Assembly: GCA_009914755.4 (NCBI GenBank) | Contig: CP068257.2 | Coordinates: 24,128,001 to 24,192,000, forward strand | Direction: 5' to 3' | From: the human T2T-CHM13v2.0 reference genome, Homo sapiens | Length of the DNA stretch: 64,000 bases | Part shown: positions 1 through 15,128 of the stretch, piece by piece | Numbering within the stretch: position 1 is the stretch's first letter | Layout: every line of letters starts with the position of its first letter | Made by a program: the position numbers and the translations under genes | The notes under the pieces: model-generated | The model's database searches: none | Seen by the model: the letters and a program-made list of their open reading frames with translations, nothing else | Told to the model about the DNA's origin: nothing

Positions 1-2789
1 TTCCTTACATAAGCGAACACTAAACAAAAATGGCTAGAAATGTCTTTTTCTTTCTTTTCTCTCTTTGTTGTTTAAGGTATTAAGCACGAATTATTACATG
101 AGACTGGCAGATAGCTATTAATCCTCTTACAGATTTGAGAAAGTTGATTCTCAAATATTTATGCACCTTCTCCTTCATTGTTTTCTTTAAATCTGTCCTC
201 TTAAAAAGCTTCTTAAGAGCTCAGTTAATGCTTTTGACTTAACTAGGAGAAAAAGGCATGATAATACAGGCAAGATGGCATTGTTAGCAATTCTGGTAGT
301 GGTTTGGAATGAATCCTAAGAGGCAGGGATCTTAAGGACAAGGAAGAGAAGAGAGAGAGGGAGGGATCTTTGATCTCTTTCTCTGGTAATCTTAATGCAT
401 AATTTTACTAAAACATGTTCTCAATTCATTCATATTATTAAGCTCTTCCTGCAGTTGATATCTGAGCAGAGTAAGATTTGTATTTCCATTTTTACTTTTT
501 TGAAAGAGAATATATGGACAGATTATTAGTACAATTTGGGCACTGTGGTTTTAAGAATATCTGAGTAAAATAACAATATGAAATAATAAACAGAAGCTCT
601 AACGTCAGGTAACAAATAGACAGCAAGAAAGGTTTTGCACCATCCTCTTACGGCCTAGAGAGTTGACAAGTTGCTTGTAGTTTTAAAAAAATAATAAAGT
701 ATACCCTTCTGGTATATCATCAAGAGCTTAAGAATCTTGGCTTTCATATTTAAAATGCTTTTGGGGAGACATATATTAAAATTTTAGCCAAGATGATAGA
801 CATGTCTCAATTATATATGTGTGTGTATGTTTTTAAAGCTAAAAACATTACTTTTAGATCCCTAGAATGAAAATTTTTTTCTCATCTATGCAATTCCCAT
901 ATGGTTTTTTTTAAATCATATTTTATTCATTTTCTCCCTTTAGCAATTTTCATTTTATTTCTCATAATTTGAACAGAGACAGTTCTCATACATGATCAGA
1001 TGCTTTTTTTTTCTTCTTACCATCATTTATGCATGACATAGGTAATGTGACTAATTTCTCCAGTTGATTCAAGAAACTCATTACTTTGCCTCAAATTATA
1101 TGTAAAATATTTGTTTTACTTAGGTTACAGTTATCAGAAAGGTAGTTTTTTTCTTCTATTAAAATATAACATTGTGAAAGAAAATAAAATTTATGCTATT
1201 CTTTGCTTTGTTTTTATAAATGAATTTTTCATAGAATTTACAGTATATTCAAAGGAAGAAAGATAAAATTATTGGTCATCATTTGTACCTTAGAAGTACA
1301 AGAATTTAAGTAAAAGAAATGTTCATTTTTGTTTTAAAATTTGTTTTCCATGTGAAGTTTTTATTGAGCCAACTTTCATACATATCTTGCTAGCCTAAAG
1401 TCTAAATATTTGTGTTGGCATCAGAAAAACAAATGAGGCAGAATTGCTATGTGTGGTTGATCTTCAGATAAATTGACTGATCACAGTTATTTTTGTATCA
1501 GTCTATGTTATTAGGAAAAATTGTTTAGTTGTTTTCTCCCCTGATTAATGGTGATATTCAAGTATGATACAAAAAGAATTGTACCACCAAATATTTTTGT
1601 GAGGTCTGCTGTTTTCCATATTCATTTTATGCTACTGCCTTTAAGAAAGAACTAGTGTATCCTTGAAATAGCACAAAAATGTTTTAAAATTCATAATTGC
1701 AAAACAAATCTGTGACTAACTTAATGTCTTCAGATCTAAAGGGTGTAAAAATATTGATACTTCAATATTTCACTTGCTGCCAGGAAAAACAAAATTCTCA
1801 ATCTTTTGTAAATGGGAGGAGGACTTTTGCATACATTTTTACTCTTTAAATAACGACAACGACACTTATACTGTCATAATAACAATTATGTATTTCTTTG
1901 TGGTTTTAATTTTTTTTGTAATTTTACATAAAACAGTTATTTTCTATTTTTACGCAGATAAATATTTGTGCATAAAATGTAAAAATAGTAAAATGAGAAA
2001 AATAAAACTATTATACAGTATGTTTCTGTGTTGCTTAAAAGTTTTTTTTCCTGAAAACAAAATCTTAAATCCCCAGGATATTTTGTTGGATAGTAATCTG
2101 ACAGTCCACTTATGATACGTTGTACATAGGATTCCGATGCATTTTTAAACTTAAAAGCTGTCAATTTGGGAAGAACATATTTCACTGAACTAAAATTAGT
2201 AGGTTCATCTCTTTGAGGAAATTAATGAAATTCCATCTACAAAGCCAAGTTGTTTTAGAATAGTAACAGATGAAGCTGTCAGAAGGCAAGCTGATGATTG
2301 CTAAATTGTAAACCTTTCATAAAGCCTTTTTTTTTAACAAACAAAAAATCACCTGTTCATGTTGGCTATCAGCAGGTTGCTTCAGCCAGAATCAGAATAT
2401 AGAAGAATGGAAAGGGTTAGGAAAAAGTGATTCATGCCTGCCTTCATGGTGAAGCAATGATGAAAGTTTGATTGACATGCTTAAATAGGAAGTTATGGTT
2501 AGAAATAAATGGCTTTAAAAATACACAGTGTGATTGTATCTAGTTCGAAGCAATCAAAAACCATCAGCCAGGACGCTAGTGAGGTATGTTTGTTCTCCCA
2601 GGACTTCAGTTTTTTGTGTGTACAGCTTCAGAGTTTAATTTACAAGCCAAGTATGTGTTTAAAATGCTTTTTACTGATAAACTGACAACTTTAGAACACT
2701 GCTTTTAAAAATTTCCGTAGTGAAGGACCACTTTCTTATTTCCAATTTGTCACAGACAAACATCTGTAAAATAAAAACTGAATTAGTAC

Positions 2790-2960
2790 AGGGAGGGGGA
2801 AATGGGAAGTTACTGTTTAATGGGCATAGAGTTTCAGTTTTGCAAGATGAAAAACAAGATGGTTACACAACTATAAACATGCTTAACAATACCAAACCGT
2901 ATTAAAGATGGTTAAGATGGTAAATTTCATATTATGTATATTTTACCACAGTTGAGTTTT
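2790..2960 (+). mobile_element. L1 3'-end fragment (old L1M/L1P type)
   Basis: matches the L1 3' UTR tail ...gggaatgggaagttactgtttaatgggcatagagtttcagttttgcaagatgaaaa...aatggttaagatggtaaatttcatattatgtatattttaccaca. Confidence 0.6.
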
Positions 2961-3632
2961 TTTTTTAAAGAATGAATTACTATAAGAATTTTAAAAATTC
3001 AGTATTTACCAAATTAACAATACAATGGGGGAGGAACACATTCAACTCAATAGATGCAGAAAAATGTACAACTTGACATCCATTCATGATTAAAACTCTC
3101 AGCAAACTAGAGAACTTCTTTAACCTGATAAAAAGGTATCTGTGGAAAAACCTACAACTAACATCACGTTTGTTGCCCCTCACCACTCCGCCCCCCTCCC
3201 CACAAGATTTGGGAAACGCAAAGAGGTACCTGCTTTTATAATTTTTATTCAGAATTGTATCCTAGTCTGTGAAATAAGGTAAGAAAAATAAAAAGCATAC
3301 ATACTGCAAAAAATAAAACTGCAGAAGGCATCAGACATGTTAAAACGCCCTCAAGAATCAAAAAGTTATGAGAATATAGCAAGGTAAGGTACAAGGTCAA
3401 TATGCGAAGTTCAATTTTATTTCTGCGTGCTAGAAACTAATAAATGGAAATTAATATTTAAAAACCACCATTTACAATAATATTAACGTGAAATAGGGAC
3501 AAATAGAGCAAAATTTGTGCAAGACCTATCAATGAAAACTATAGAACTTGCAAAGAAATGAAAGAATGTCTAAGTAGGTGGAGATATAACACCATAATTC
3601 TGGATTGGAAGACTCAATTTTGGGTTTTCTTG

Positions 3633-3927
3633 TTTTTTTTTGAGACAGTCTCACTCACTGTGTCACCCAAGCTGGAGTACAGTAGTGCGATCTCAGCCCA
3701 CTACAACCTCCGCCTCCTGGGTTCAAGCGATTCTCATGCTTCAGCCTCCCAAATAGCTGGGATTACAGGCGTGTCCCATGACACCTGGCTGATTTTTTGT
3801 ATTTTTAGTAGAGTTGGGGGCTTCGCTATGTTGGCCAGGCTGGTCTCGAACTCCTGACCTCAAGTGATCTGCCTGGCTCGGCCTCCTGAAGTGCTGGGAT
3901 TACAGGCGTGAGCCACCGTGCCTGGCC
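3633..3927 (-). mobile_element. Alu (antisense)
   Basis: poly-T then gagacagtctcactc...gctgggattacaggcgtgagccaccgtgcctggcc. Confidence 0.9.
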
Positions 3928-4463
3928 TAAGACCCAATTGTGTAAATGTAAATCTTGTAAATGTTAGTTATTCCTAAATTGACCTATAAATTGAATTACA
4001 ACAAAAATTCTGCCAGTCTTTTTTTGTAGACAAGCTAGTTATAAAATTTATATGTAAATACAAATGACACAGAATAGCCAAAATATTTTGGAAAAAGAGA
4101 ACTTGCACTGTGCTATATAAAGCTTTGCTATATAAAGCTACAGCAATCAAGAGGTGGTATTTAGGTAAGGATAAATGTATATAGGTCAATGAACAGAATA
4201 GAATCCAGAAATGGACCCACATATATGGCTCATTGATTTTTGGTGCCAAAATCAAAGGTGCCAAGGTAATTCAATAGGGAAAGGGTAGTTATTTCAACAA
4301 ATGTTAGAACAACTGCATATATTCATGGAGAAAAACCCTTGCCTCATACCACACATAAAAACAATGGATTATAGACCTAAATATAAAATCTAAAACTTAT
4401 TAAGGAATTTTCATAACCTTGGGGTAGATAAAGATTTCCTAGATATTAAAGAAGCAAAACTAG

Positions 4464-4805
4464 GCTGGATGTGGTGGCTCATACCTGTAAATACAGTGCT
4501 TTGGAAAGCTGAGGCAGGAAGATTACTTGAGGCCATGAGTTTTGAGACCAGCCTGGGCAACATAGCAAGACCCTATCTCTACAAAAATATAAAAGTTAAA
4601 ATAAAATTAGCTGGGCATGGTTGTGTACGGCTGTAGTTCCAGCTACTCAGAAGGCTGAGGAGGGAGGATTGCTTGAGCCCAGGTTAAAATTCGAGGTTCA
4701 AGTGCAGGTTGAGTTTGAGGTTACAGTGAGGTATGATTCTGCCGCTACAGCACTCCAGTCTGGGGGTGACAGAGTGAGACGCTGTATCTAATAAAAAAAA
4801 AAAAA
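4464..4805 (+). mobile_element. Alu (sense) with an internal duplication of about 30 bp in the right arm
   Basis: ggctggatgtggtggctcatacctgtaa...poly-A; extra gaggttcaagtgcaggttgagttt beside gaggttacagtgag. Confidence 0.85.
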
Positions 4806-4879
4806 GACAGTAAATTGGACTTCATCAAAAATTTTTAAAACACCTGTTATTTGAAAGATACTATTAAAATAAAAGGCAA

Positions 4880-5190
4880 GGCTGGGTGTAGTGACACATG
4901 CCTGTAATTTCATTGCTTTGGGAGGCTGACTGGGGAGGACTGCTTGAACCCAGGAGTTTGAGACCAGCCTGGGCAACATCGTGAGACCCCCTCTCTATGA
5001 AAAAAAAAAATTTAATTAGCCAACCTTGGTAGCATGGACCTGTAGTTCTGGCTACTCAGAAGCCTGAGGCAGGAACACTGTTTGAGTCCAGGAGTTTGAG
5101 GTTATAATGAGCTATGATCATACCAGTGCACTCTAGCCTGGGTGAGAGAGCAAGACCCTGTCTCAAAAAAAAAAAAAAAAAAAAGAAAAG
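4880..5190 (+). mobile_element. Alu (sense)
   Basis: ggctgggtgtagtgacacatgcctgtaat...gagcaagaccctgtctc + A25. Confidence 0.9.
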
Positions 5191-5737
5191 AAAATTAAAT
5201 AAAGGACAAGGTACAGATTGGAAGAAAATATTTGCAATACACTTATCTTACCTAGGTTACAAAGGTAAGATAAGTGTATTGACCACACTGATTTATAATA
5301 TTTTGTCATTAAGCAATGAGCATCAGTTGTAACTGAATGATTATGGCAATATTAATATCTTACAAAGGTAAGATATTTAATATCAAAATATATGATAAAT
5401 TCTTTTAACTCACTAAGATAATCAAATAATTTATGGTCAAAGGATTTGTACAGACACTTCATAAAAAAAGATATACATATGGCCAGTAAGCATATGAAAA
5501 GCTATTTGGCATTATTAGTTATCACGAAATACCAAGTCACAATCCAGTACCACTAAAAACACATTACAACTGCTAAAAGTTAAAAGACTCACAATACCAA
5601 CTGTTCTCAATGACATGGACCAAATGAAGTCACACACATTGCTAGTGGAAATGTAAAATGGCACACTACTTTGGAAAAGTTAAACACTTTTGTCACGACA
5701 CAGCAATTCTAATCCTAGGCATTTATTTTATGTATTT

Positions 5738-6028
<291 letters not shown>

Positions 6029-6733
6029 CAATCCTAGACATTTATTTAAGAGAAATAAAATATGTTCACTGAAAGACTTGTACACGAATGTTTATAACAG
6101 CTTTATTCATAATGTCTCCAAACTGTTAACACAAATATCCATCAGCAGGTGACTGAATAAACAAATTATGAATACCCATAGAACAGAAGTACGACTCAGC
6201 AATAAAAGGGAGTGAACAACTGCCTCATCAACAACTCTGGAAAAGGCAAATCTCATTGTAAGGATAGAAAGCAGATCACTGGTTGCCTAGGGCTAGGGAT
6301 AATGGTTGATTTCCTGGATTAGGCATAAAGAAATTTGGGAGGATGATGAGCATAGCCTATATTATGCTTTGTTGACGATTACATGGATGAACAGATTTGT
6401 CAAAACTCATCTAAATGTATACTTAAAATAGGTGCATGGGGTTATGTAAATTTCACCTCAATAAGCTTAAAAACTGAATTACTAGAGAAATGAAATTTAA
6501 AAGACAAAAATACATAACCACTTTTTAAAAATTATTAGATTCCACAAGCATAAGATTGCTATATCAAATTATCAAAATTGTTTTAATGCTTGCTCTTATC
6601 TCCCTGTGGACTGATGACAAACAGTTCACGGACTGACCACACTGATCTACAACATTTCATCAACTGATGAGCATCAGTTTTAACTGAACGATTATGGCAA
6701 TGTTAATGGTATTTGAAAATTTCTCTGTAAACC

Positions 6734-7034
6734 TTTTTTTTTTTTTTTTTTGAGACTGAGAGTCTCACTCTGTTACCCAGGCTGGAGCGCAGTGGCTTGA
6801 TCTTGGCTCACTGCAACCTCCACTTCCTGAGTTTAAGCGATTCTCCTGCCTCAGCCTCCCCAGTACCTGAGATTATAGGCCTGCATCACCACGCCCAGCT
6901 AATTTTTGTAGTTTTAGTAGAGACAGGGTTTCACCATGTTGGCCAGGCTGGTCTTGAACTCCTGAGCTCAAGTGATCTGCCTGCCTGAGCCTCCCAAAGT
7001 GCTGGGATTACAGGCATGAGCCACCATGCCCGGC
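6734..7034 (-). mobile_element. Alu (antisense)
   Basis: T19 then gagactgagagtctcactctgttacccaggctggagcgcagtgg...gccaccatgcccggc. Confidence 0.9.
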
Positions 7035-7429
7035 TGTAATGTGAGAAAAGCATTTTCTCATGTCTGCTAACAAGATAGTTGATTTGGGAATCTTATTTCC
7101 ATGATACTAGTAACACCCAGTTAGCACCTATGCTATTTTTATAGGTAACACCACAGTAACTAGACATGAATGAAATAGAACACTGAAGAAAAAGTTATTT
7201 ATCATATCTATGAGCAACTCTTTAATTCACTTCCTTAGAAAACTATGCAAAAAGGTTTGCTCTAATACTCACAGTACGAATAGAGAAAGTAAGCTTCCTA
7301 TCTCTAATGTTGGTTTTACTTTGTGAATGAGAGGGCATATTGCATATTAATACACTGATAAACATCACTGAATAGTTGAACTAGAATGTTCATTTGACTT
7401 AATGGTTAAAGGAAAAAGCTATGCATTAA

Positions 7430-7745
<316 letters not shown>

Positions 7746-9094
7746 CGAGAGGTAACAGCCTGCTAGCAGCCCTCGCAGCCCTCACTCGCTCTCGGAGCCT
7801 CCTCGGCCTTGGCGCCCACTCTCGCCGCGCTTGAGGAGCCCTTCAGCCCGCCGCTGCACTGTGGGAGTCCCTTTCTGGGCTGGCCAAGGCCGGAGCCGGC
7901 TCCCTCAGCTTGCGGGGAAGCGTGGAGGGAGAGGCGCGGGCGGGAACCCGGGCTGCCCGCGGCGCTTGCGGGCCAGCGCGAGTTCCGGGTGGGCGTGGGC
8001 TCCGCGGGCCCGCACTCAGAGCGGCCTGCCGCCCCAGGCAGTGAGGGGCTTAGCACCTGGGCCAGCAGCTGCTGTGCTAGATTTCTCGTGCGGGCCTTAG
8101 CTGCCTCCCCGGGGGCAGGGCTCGGGACCTGCAGCCTGCCATGCCTGAGCCTCCCCCCTCTCTCTCTGTGGGCTCCTGCGCGGCCCGAGCCTCCCTGACG
8201 AGCGCCGCCCCCTGCTCCACGGCGCCCAGGCCCATCGACCGCACGAGGGCTGAGGAGTGCTTGGCAGGGCGTGGGACTGGCAGGCAGCTCCACCTGCAGC
8301 CGGTGCGGGATCCACTGGGTGAAGCCAGCTGGGCTCCTGAGTCTGGTGGGGACTTGGCTAATCTTTATGTCTAGCTAAGGGATTGTAAATACACCAATCA
8401 GCACTCTGTATCTAGCTCAAGGTTTGTAAATGCACCAATCAGCACTCTGTGTCTAGCTCAGGATTTGTAAATATACCAATCCACACTCTGTATCTAGCTA
8501 ATGTAGTAGGGACTTGGAGAACTTTTGTGTCTAGCTCAGGGTTCCTAAACGCACCAATCAGCACCCTGTCAAAATGGACCAATCAGCTCTCTGTAAAACA
8601 GACCAATCAGCTCTCTGTAAAATGGACCAATTAGCAGGATGTGGGTGGGGCCAGATAAGAGAATAAAAGCAGGCTGCCCGAATGAGCAGTAGCAACTCGC
8701 TGTGGTCCGCTTCTGTAGTGTGAGGAGGTGTGTTCTTTCCGTCTTTGCAATAAGTGTTGCTGTTGCTCACTCTGGGTCCAGCTGCGTTTATGAGCTGTAA
8801 CACTCACCGCTAAGGTCCGCAGATTCACTCTTGAAGCCAGTGAGACCACAAACCCACCAGGAGGAACGAACAACTCCAGCTGCGCCACCTTAAGAGCTGT
8901 AACACTCACTGAAGGTTTGCAGCTTCACTCCTGAGCCAGCGTAGACCATGAACACACCGGAAGGAAGAAACTCGGAACACATCCGAACATCAGAAGGAAC
9001 AAACTCCGGACACGCCGCCTTTAAGAACTGTAACACCGCCAGGGTCCACGGCTTCATGCTTGAAGTTGGTAAGACCAAGAACCCACCAATTCCG
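7746..9094 (+). mobile_element. ERV9 LTR (LTR12 family, C/D/E-like), 5' LTR of a provirus that is otherwise deleted
   Basis: GC-rich 5' part (..ctgctgtgctagatttctcgtgcgggccttagctgcctcccc..gggctcgggacctgcagcc), array of gtaaa(t/c)(g/a)caccaatcagc units, ataaaagcaggctgcc, repeated taagagctgtaacactcac.. and a ..caattccggacac end, all LTR12 hallmarks. Confidence 0.8.
8345..8672 (+). promoter_or_regulatory. LTR12 U3 module: 6-7 tandem CCAAT boxes (NF-Y type) then a TATA-like aataaaag
   Basis: caccaatcagc / gaccaatcagc repeats at about 8395, 8435, 8475, 8550, 8575, 8598 and 8620; aataaaagc at 8662-8670. Confidence 0.55.
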
Positions 9095-9096
9095 GA

Positions 9097-9114
9097 CACG
9101 TTTTGGCGACCACG
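9097..9114 (+). other. retroviral primer-binding site, tRNA-Arg type as I recall for ERV9
   Basis: TGGCGACCACGAAGGGAC lies 4 nt after the LTR end; it is the complement of a tRNA 3' end ...GTCCCTTCGTGGTCGCCA. Confidence 0.6.
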
Positions 9115-9399
<285 letters not shown>

Positions 9400-9871
9400 T
9401 TAGCTAATTGATTAAACAAAGAATACCTAGAATAAAGGTATAAACAAATAACCTTCCATTGTGGAGGATATGTAAAGTGGCGTGCCAAAGGAAAGAACTA
9501 GAAGAAACAGATTATGGTCCTTTTCCCACTAACCAGATACGAAACTTACAGCTAGTTGTTTCACCTTTGTTCACCTCCATTTTCTCTCTCCTGTGTTGGG
9601 GTCGTTGACACATTTGCCTGCAGTGCAGGGCCATTGGAAGGGTTAAATGAACTCAGTATGTAATTCATCTTGCAGGCTCCTAAATAAGTGTAAAGGTCTA
9701 GGAAAGAAAAGCCTCCCTCCAAAGAATCCAGTGTTCTAGGTTGAAATTGGTGCTCCTCTCGCGTAATGGTGAAAATCACAAAGTAGCGTAAAAAACATGT
9801 TGAATGAATGAGTAAGGAATAAGAGCTAATTCTGATCTCTTACGATATGTCAAGTCGTTTATGTGCCTTCT

Positions 9872-10012
9872 CACTTATTTCTCACAACTCCTTGAAGTAG
9901 ATAACTGTCCGTTTTATAAATGGAGAGATTGAGGCATAGAGGGATTAGTCAACTTGGCTGAAGTCACTTGCATAAGGGCCAACCCAGGCTTGAAGCCCTG
10001 CGTGGGCTTTTC
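9872..10012 (-). mobile_element. MIR (ancient SINE) fragment
   Basis: ttttataaatggagagattgaggcatagagggattagtcaacttggctgaagtcacttgc is the reverse complement of the MIR core. Confidence 0.5.
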
Positions 10013-10396
10013 ATTAGGATCAAGTCTGTCTCAACAGAATATAGCTGTTAATACCTACAGTCAATGAAAGGGAGGTGTGTTTAACACGTCTAAAAAATGA
10101 GAATTGCAAACATTGAGTATTTTTTTCATTTTTCCTGGCTTGTACTTGTCTTACCCAAAGTGAGAAGCTTATACCAAATTTTACTTTAAGTAGTATTCAT
10201 CTCTAATAAGTCAACGGAGTTTTATTAAACATTATCATACAGCCAACCCTTAGTAAAATAATGGCTCTAGGCAATCATCACCAACAGCTGCTAAAACCAC
10301 TAGCTGAAAAGTTAGACGCTTTGTAAAGGATGGATTTGCCTCACAATCCCTGAATACATATATCAATCTTAGTATCACCAAAAGCGAGACAACCAG

Positions 10397-10696
<300 letters not shown>

Positions 10697-11624
10697 GGCC
10701 AACCAGATAATCATATGCCTCCTAATATGACGCATTGGGACAACTCTTGCCAAAACATAAACTGAACCTAAATCTGATAAATTCCTCAGATGTAAGTACC
10801 AGTTCATAGGAAATATAGGACACAGAGAGACTGTCATTTACATGGATAGAATCAACAAAAATATAAAAGAAAATAACGTTAAAAAAAATTACAAGAAAAA
10901 AAGGGAAATGTGTAGATTAAAAGAGACTTAAGAGTGTCACTCAACCAAATGCATTCTGTGGTTTTGTTTGTATCCTGATTACAATAAACTATAAAAGAAA
11001 TTGAGGCAATCAAGGAAATTTGAACGCTGTATTTTTTTAAATATTAAGGAATGGCTGTTCTTTTTTTCGGTGTGATAATAGTGTTGTGGTTATAAGGAGG
11101 AAAGGAAGGAAAGAGAAGAGAGAGAAATGGAGGAAAGGGATTTTAATCTTTCAAAAATGCATACTGAAGTACTTAGAGATGAAATAGTGTGATGTCTAGC
11201 ATTTGCTTCAGAATATTTCAGTGGGTGGACTATAGATTAAAACACACACACACAAAGGCCATGTGCTGAAAGCAGACTGGGTGGTAGCTACATGTAGATA
11301 CATGAGGGTTTATTATACTGTGCTCTCTGTTCAGAGTATGCGTGAAATTTTCCATAAAATAGTGCATTTTTAAAAAACTATTATAAAGAAGCTTACCTAA
11401 AAGAATAGCACAGATGCGGCAATGTCACCTACAAAATCATAGCAGGTTTTTAAAACTGCATCACTAGGTAAAGAATACATATTTGTTTTCATGAAATGGG
11501 CACTTTATGTAACAAATGTGTTTCTGAAAAGTTGTACCTAAATAAAATATTATAAGCATAATTGTTAGCAGTATTATATATACTGTTTGGCCCCCCCCAA
11601 AAAAGATGCATTTATAATTTTTTT

Positions 11625-11822
11625 TGCGATCCTCCCACCTCAGCCTTTCGCTGGGACCACAGGAGTATGCTACAACTCTTGGCTAATTCTTTCTAAATTT
11701 TTGGTAGATGCAGGTTCTCCCTGTGTTGCCCAGCCTGGTCTCACACTCCTGGGCTCAAGGGATCCTCCCACCTTGGCCTCCCAAAGTGCTAGTATTAAGG
11801 CATGAGCCAATGTGCCTAGCCC
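11625..11822 (-). mobile_element. Alu fragment (antisense, old)
   Basis: cctcccacctcagcc...ggcctcccaaagtgctagtattaaggcatgagccaatgtgcctagccc. Confidence 0.75.
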
Positions 11823-12322
11823 ATAGTTCTTGAATACCAAGGAAGAAAAGAGGTTTATAATTAAGCTCTAAATTACAGAGGAGTGGTATTCCTGAAAAAC
11901 GTTTAGTAAGTGGAAACTGCAACTGTAATGCATATATGTAGAAACCCAAGACTTGCAATCACTTCACAAGAAACATTAGGCACAAATTACCACAAGGTAA
12001 CACAGCTTACTGACATGGAAATGAGATTCCATCAAACCTATTTCTAAAACTCCTTCATAGTTTCTTATTGCCGTCTGGAAAAAAAGTGCAATTTCCTTAG
12101 CGTGGTGTGAAAGCATGGAGCCAGTTTTTATCTTTACCCAGCTTCCAGTTTCCATGCTCCTTCTTCCTGGAAGCATTATTTATCAACCATAATTAGCCCA
12201 GGTCAGATTTGTGCATTAGAAATACGGTCACTTAGCGCTGTCTCCTCCACTGGATTAGCAGCCATGACGTTCAGGACCTGATATTGTCTTTGTTTATCAC
12301 TGCATCTTCAAACCTTAGTTGT

Positions 12323-12620
<298 letters not shown>

Positions 12621-14013
12621 TCCTTAGGTGTTATAATGGATACAGCACTGTAGTTGTGCCATTAGTCCTCAAAATTCATGGTGTTAGCATCTTATATCAC
12701 TTATTTTATAGACAAAGAAAAATTATTATACTAGAGAACTGCATTTTTTTCCTACAGTTTCTTAGATATAATTCCATGGAAACTTGGATCTGCTAAAACA
12801 ATCGGCAGCATCAATACAGCATTGGGAAATGATAAAAGGAAATCTGTTAAAACTATCAGAAATCTTATTAATCACATATGTTTATCCATTTGATAGATAA
12901 ATCATGTCCCTTTGTCGATTTAAAAATAATTTATATTAAGATATCTTTCTGACAATTATTGTGACTTTTTTGAGAAGCATGCTTTGGTACTATAGAGTAT
13001 CTTTAGCACAGTGATTCGTATTTGGATAACAAGAGTCACAAAAGGAAAAATCGCCTTTACTTTAATGCTTAATTATTTGCCATAATATATTTGATTTGTA
13101 TATGACTTTGTAGAAACTACTTTGTGCTCAAGTTTGTTCCTCTAAATAGAACTTTATATTTCTTAATTGGCCAGCTTGTTTCATTGATCTGTCCCAAGTC
13201 TCATTATGAAATCTCAAAATCTCACTTTGATTGATTTGAAAAAGTGGAGGGAATCAGACCATTTGGTTTTTTTTCCTTTGTTTTTGACAAGATTTTTGGT
13301 GCACAGTTTGAGAAATGGCAGAATTACCCCCCAGCTAAAATATTCGGAGGCTCAAAATTCATACTAACCTTTCTTGTTTCCTAAGCTGAAAAAAGCTGCC
13401 ACGCAGGGTTCTTATGGCAGGTTCTTGTCAAATTCTCACACTGAAGAAAATCAATGACATATTTGAGAGCATCAAGCTTCAGAAGAATTTAGCAAACAGG
13501 ATGTCAGAAACCTTTCAGAAATAAAATCATTCACCTGGGTGGATTTAGGGCTGAAATTATTCCATGATATGTTTGATAAACTTTCATGCCACTGAAAACA
13601 TTTCTCCCTCATATTTAGGCTTCTAAAGGTTTTCTCGACTTTCTTATGTTAAAAATTAACCCATCTCATCTCTGTTGAGAAATAAATAATGCCCCATATC
13701 TTTGAAAAGATAAATCAATGTTAAGATTATGTTCTATGTCCTCACTTCATCTGTGAGGATGTCAGAATTTCTTTTGGCTGTTTGTCAAGTCATTGGCAAT
13801 ATCAGAATTATCTCTCAGAAGAGAAATAGTTGAACTTGTGTCACCCTGTGGGATCTATTGGGAGTGAATTAGATTGTGGAAACGGCATATGCTCTATCTG
13901 AAAGTCAATCTCAGTTCACTAACTAGTGTCCTAGAAATCTGAAGGAGGTAAGGATGAGAAACAATGTTTCCTCAAATCTCTCTATATTTTCACTATTTCC
14001 TAAAAGTTGATAA

Positions 14014-14390
<377 letters not shown>

Positions 14391-14762
14391 CTGTTTTTTC
14401 ATTTCTGTTCCCTCTGATTGAAATGCTTCCTCTTTTTATCCTTCCTTTTCCTTCTTTCTCTCTGTCAAAATTCCCATTATCCTTTATTGTCCAGAATTGA
14501 CCAGACTGTCCTTGAACACACTTCCTTTGAAGCTACACTCACCTGATTTTCCACCTCACTGACCCCTACTTTTGGGTTCCATACTAGACTCCTTTTTCTC
14601 TTCCAACCGCACATTAGGTGACTGTAACGTTACAAATCATCTATGTGAGTCATCAATCTTCATATCCAGCTTTGATCTCTCCCAGAATCCATTAATATCT
14701 CTATCTGCTTACAAGGATGTATAGTAAGACATTTTAATCAAAAAATGGCAAAAAGAAAACTC

Positions 14763-15053
14763 TTTTATTTTTTTTAGACCGAGTCTTCCTCTGTCACCCA
14801 GGCTGGAGTGCAGTGGTGCCATCTCGGCTCATTGCAACCTCCACATCCTAGGTTCAAGCCGTTCTCATGCCTCAACCTCCTGAGTAGCTGGGACTATAGG
14901 CACAGCACCACCACGATCACTAATTTTTGTATTTTTAGTAGAGGGGGTTTCACCATGTTCACCACGCTGATCTCCAACTCTTGATCTCAGGTAATCTACC
15001 ACCTCAGCTTCCCAAAGGGTTGGGATTACAGGCATGAGCCACCGCACCCTGCC
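14763..15053 (-). mobile_element. Alu (antisense)
   Basis: ttttttttagaccgagtcttcctctgtcacccaggctggagtgcagtgg...gagccaccgcaccctgcc. Confidence 0.9.
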
Positions 15054-15128
15054 CTATCAGTAAATATTATATTATAAACACCTATCACAAATGCATAGGT
15101 ACTCAGATGGATTTCTGGAGATGATTCT

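Noticed and set aside
7763-8374. Overlapping GC-rich ORFs of 72-176 aa on both strands
   Set aside because: They fall entirely within the GC-rich 5' part of the LTR12. Open frames are expected by chance at about 70% GC, and there is no similarity to any protein family.
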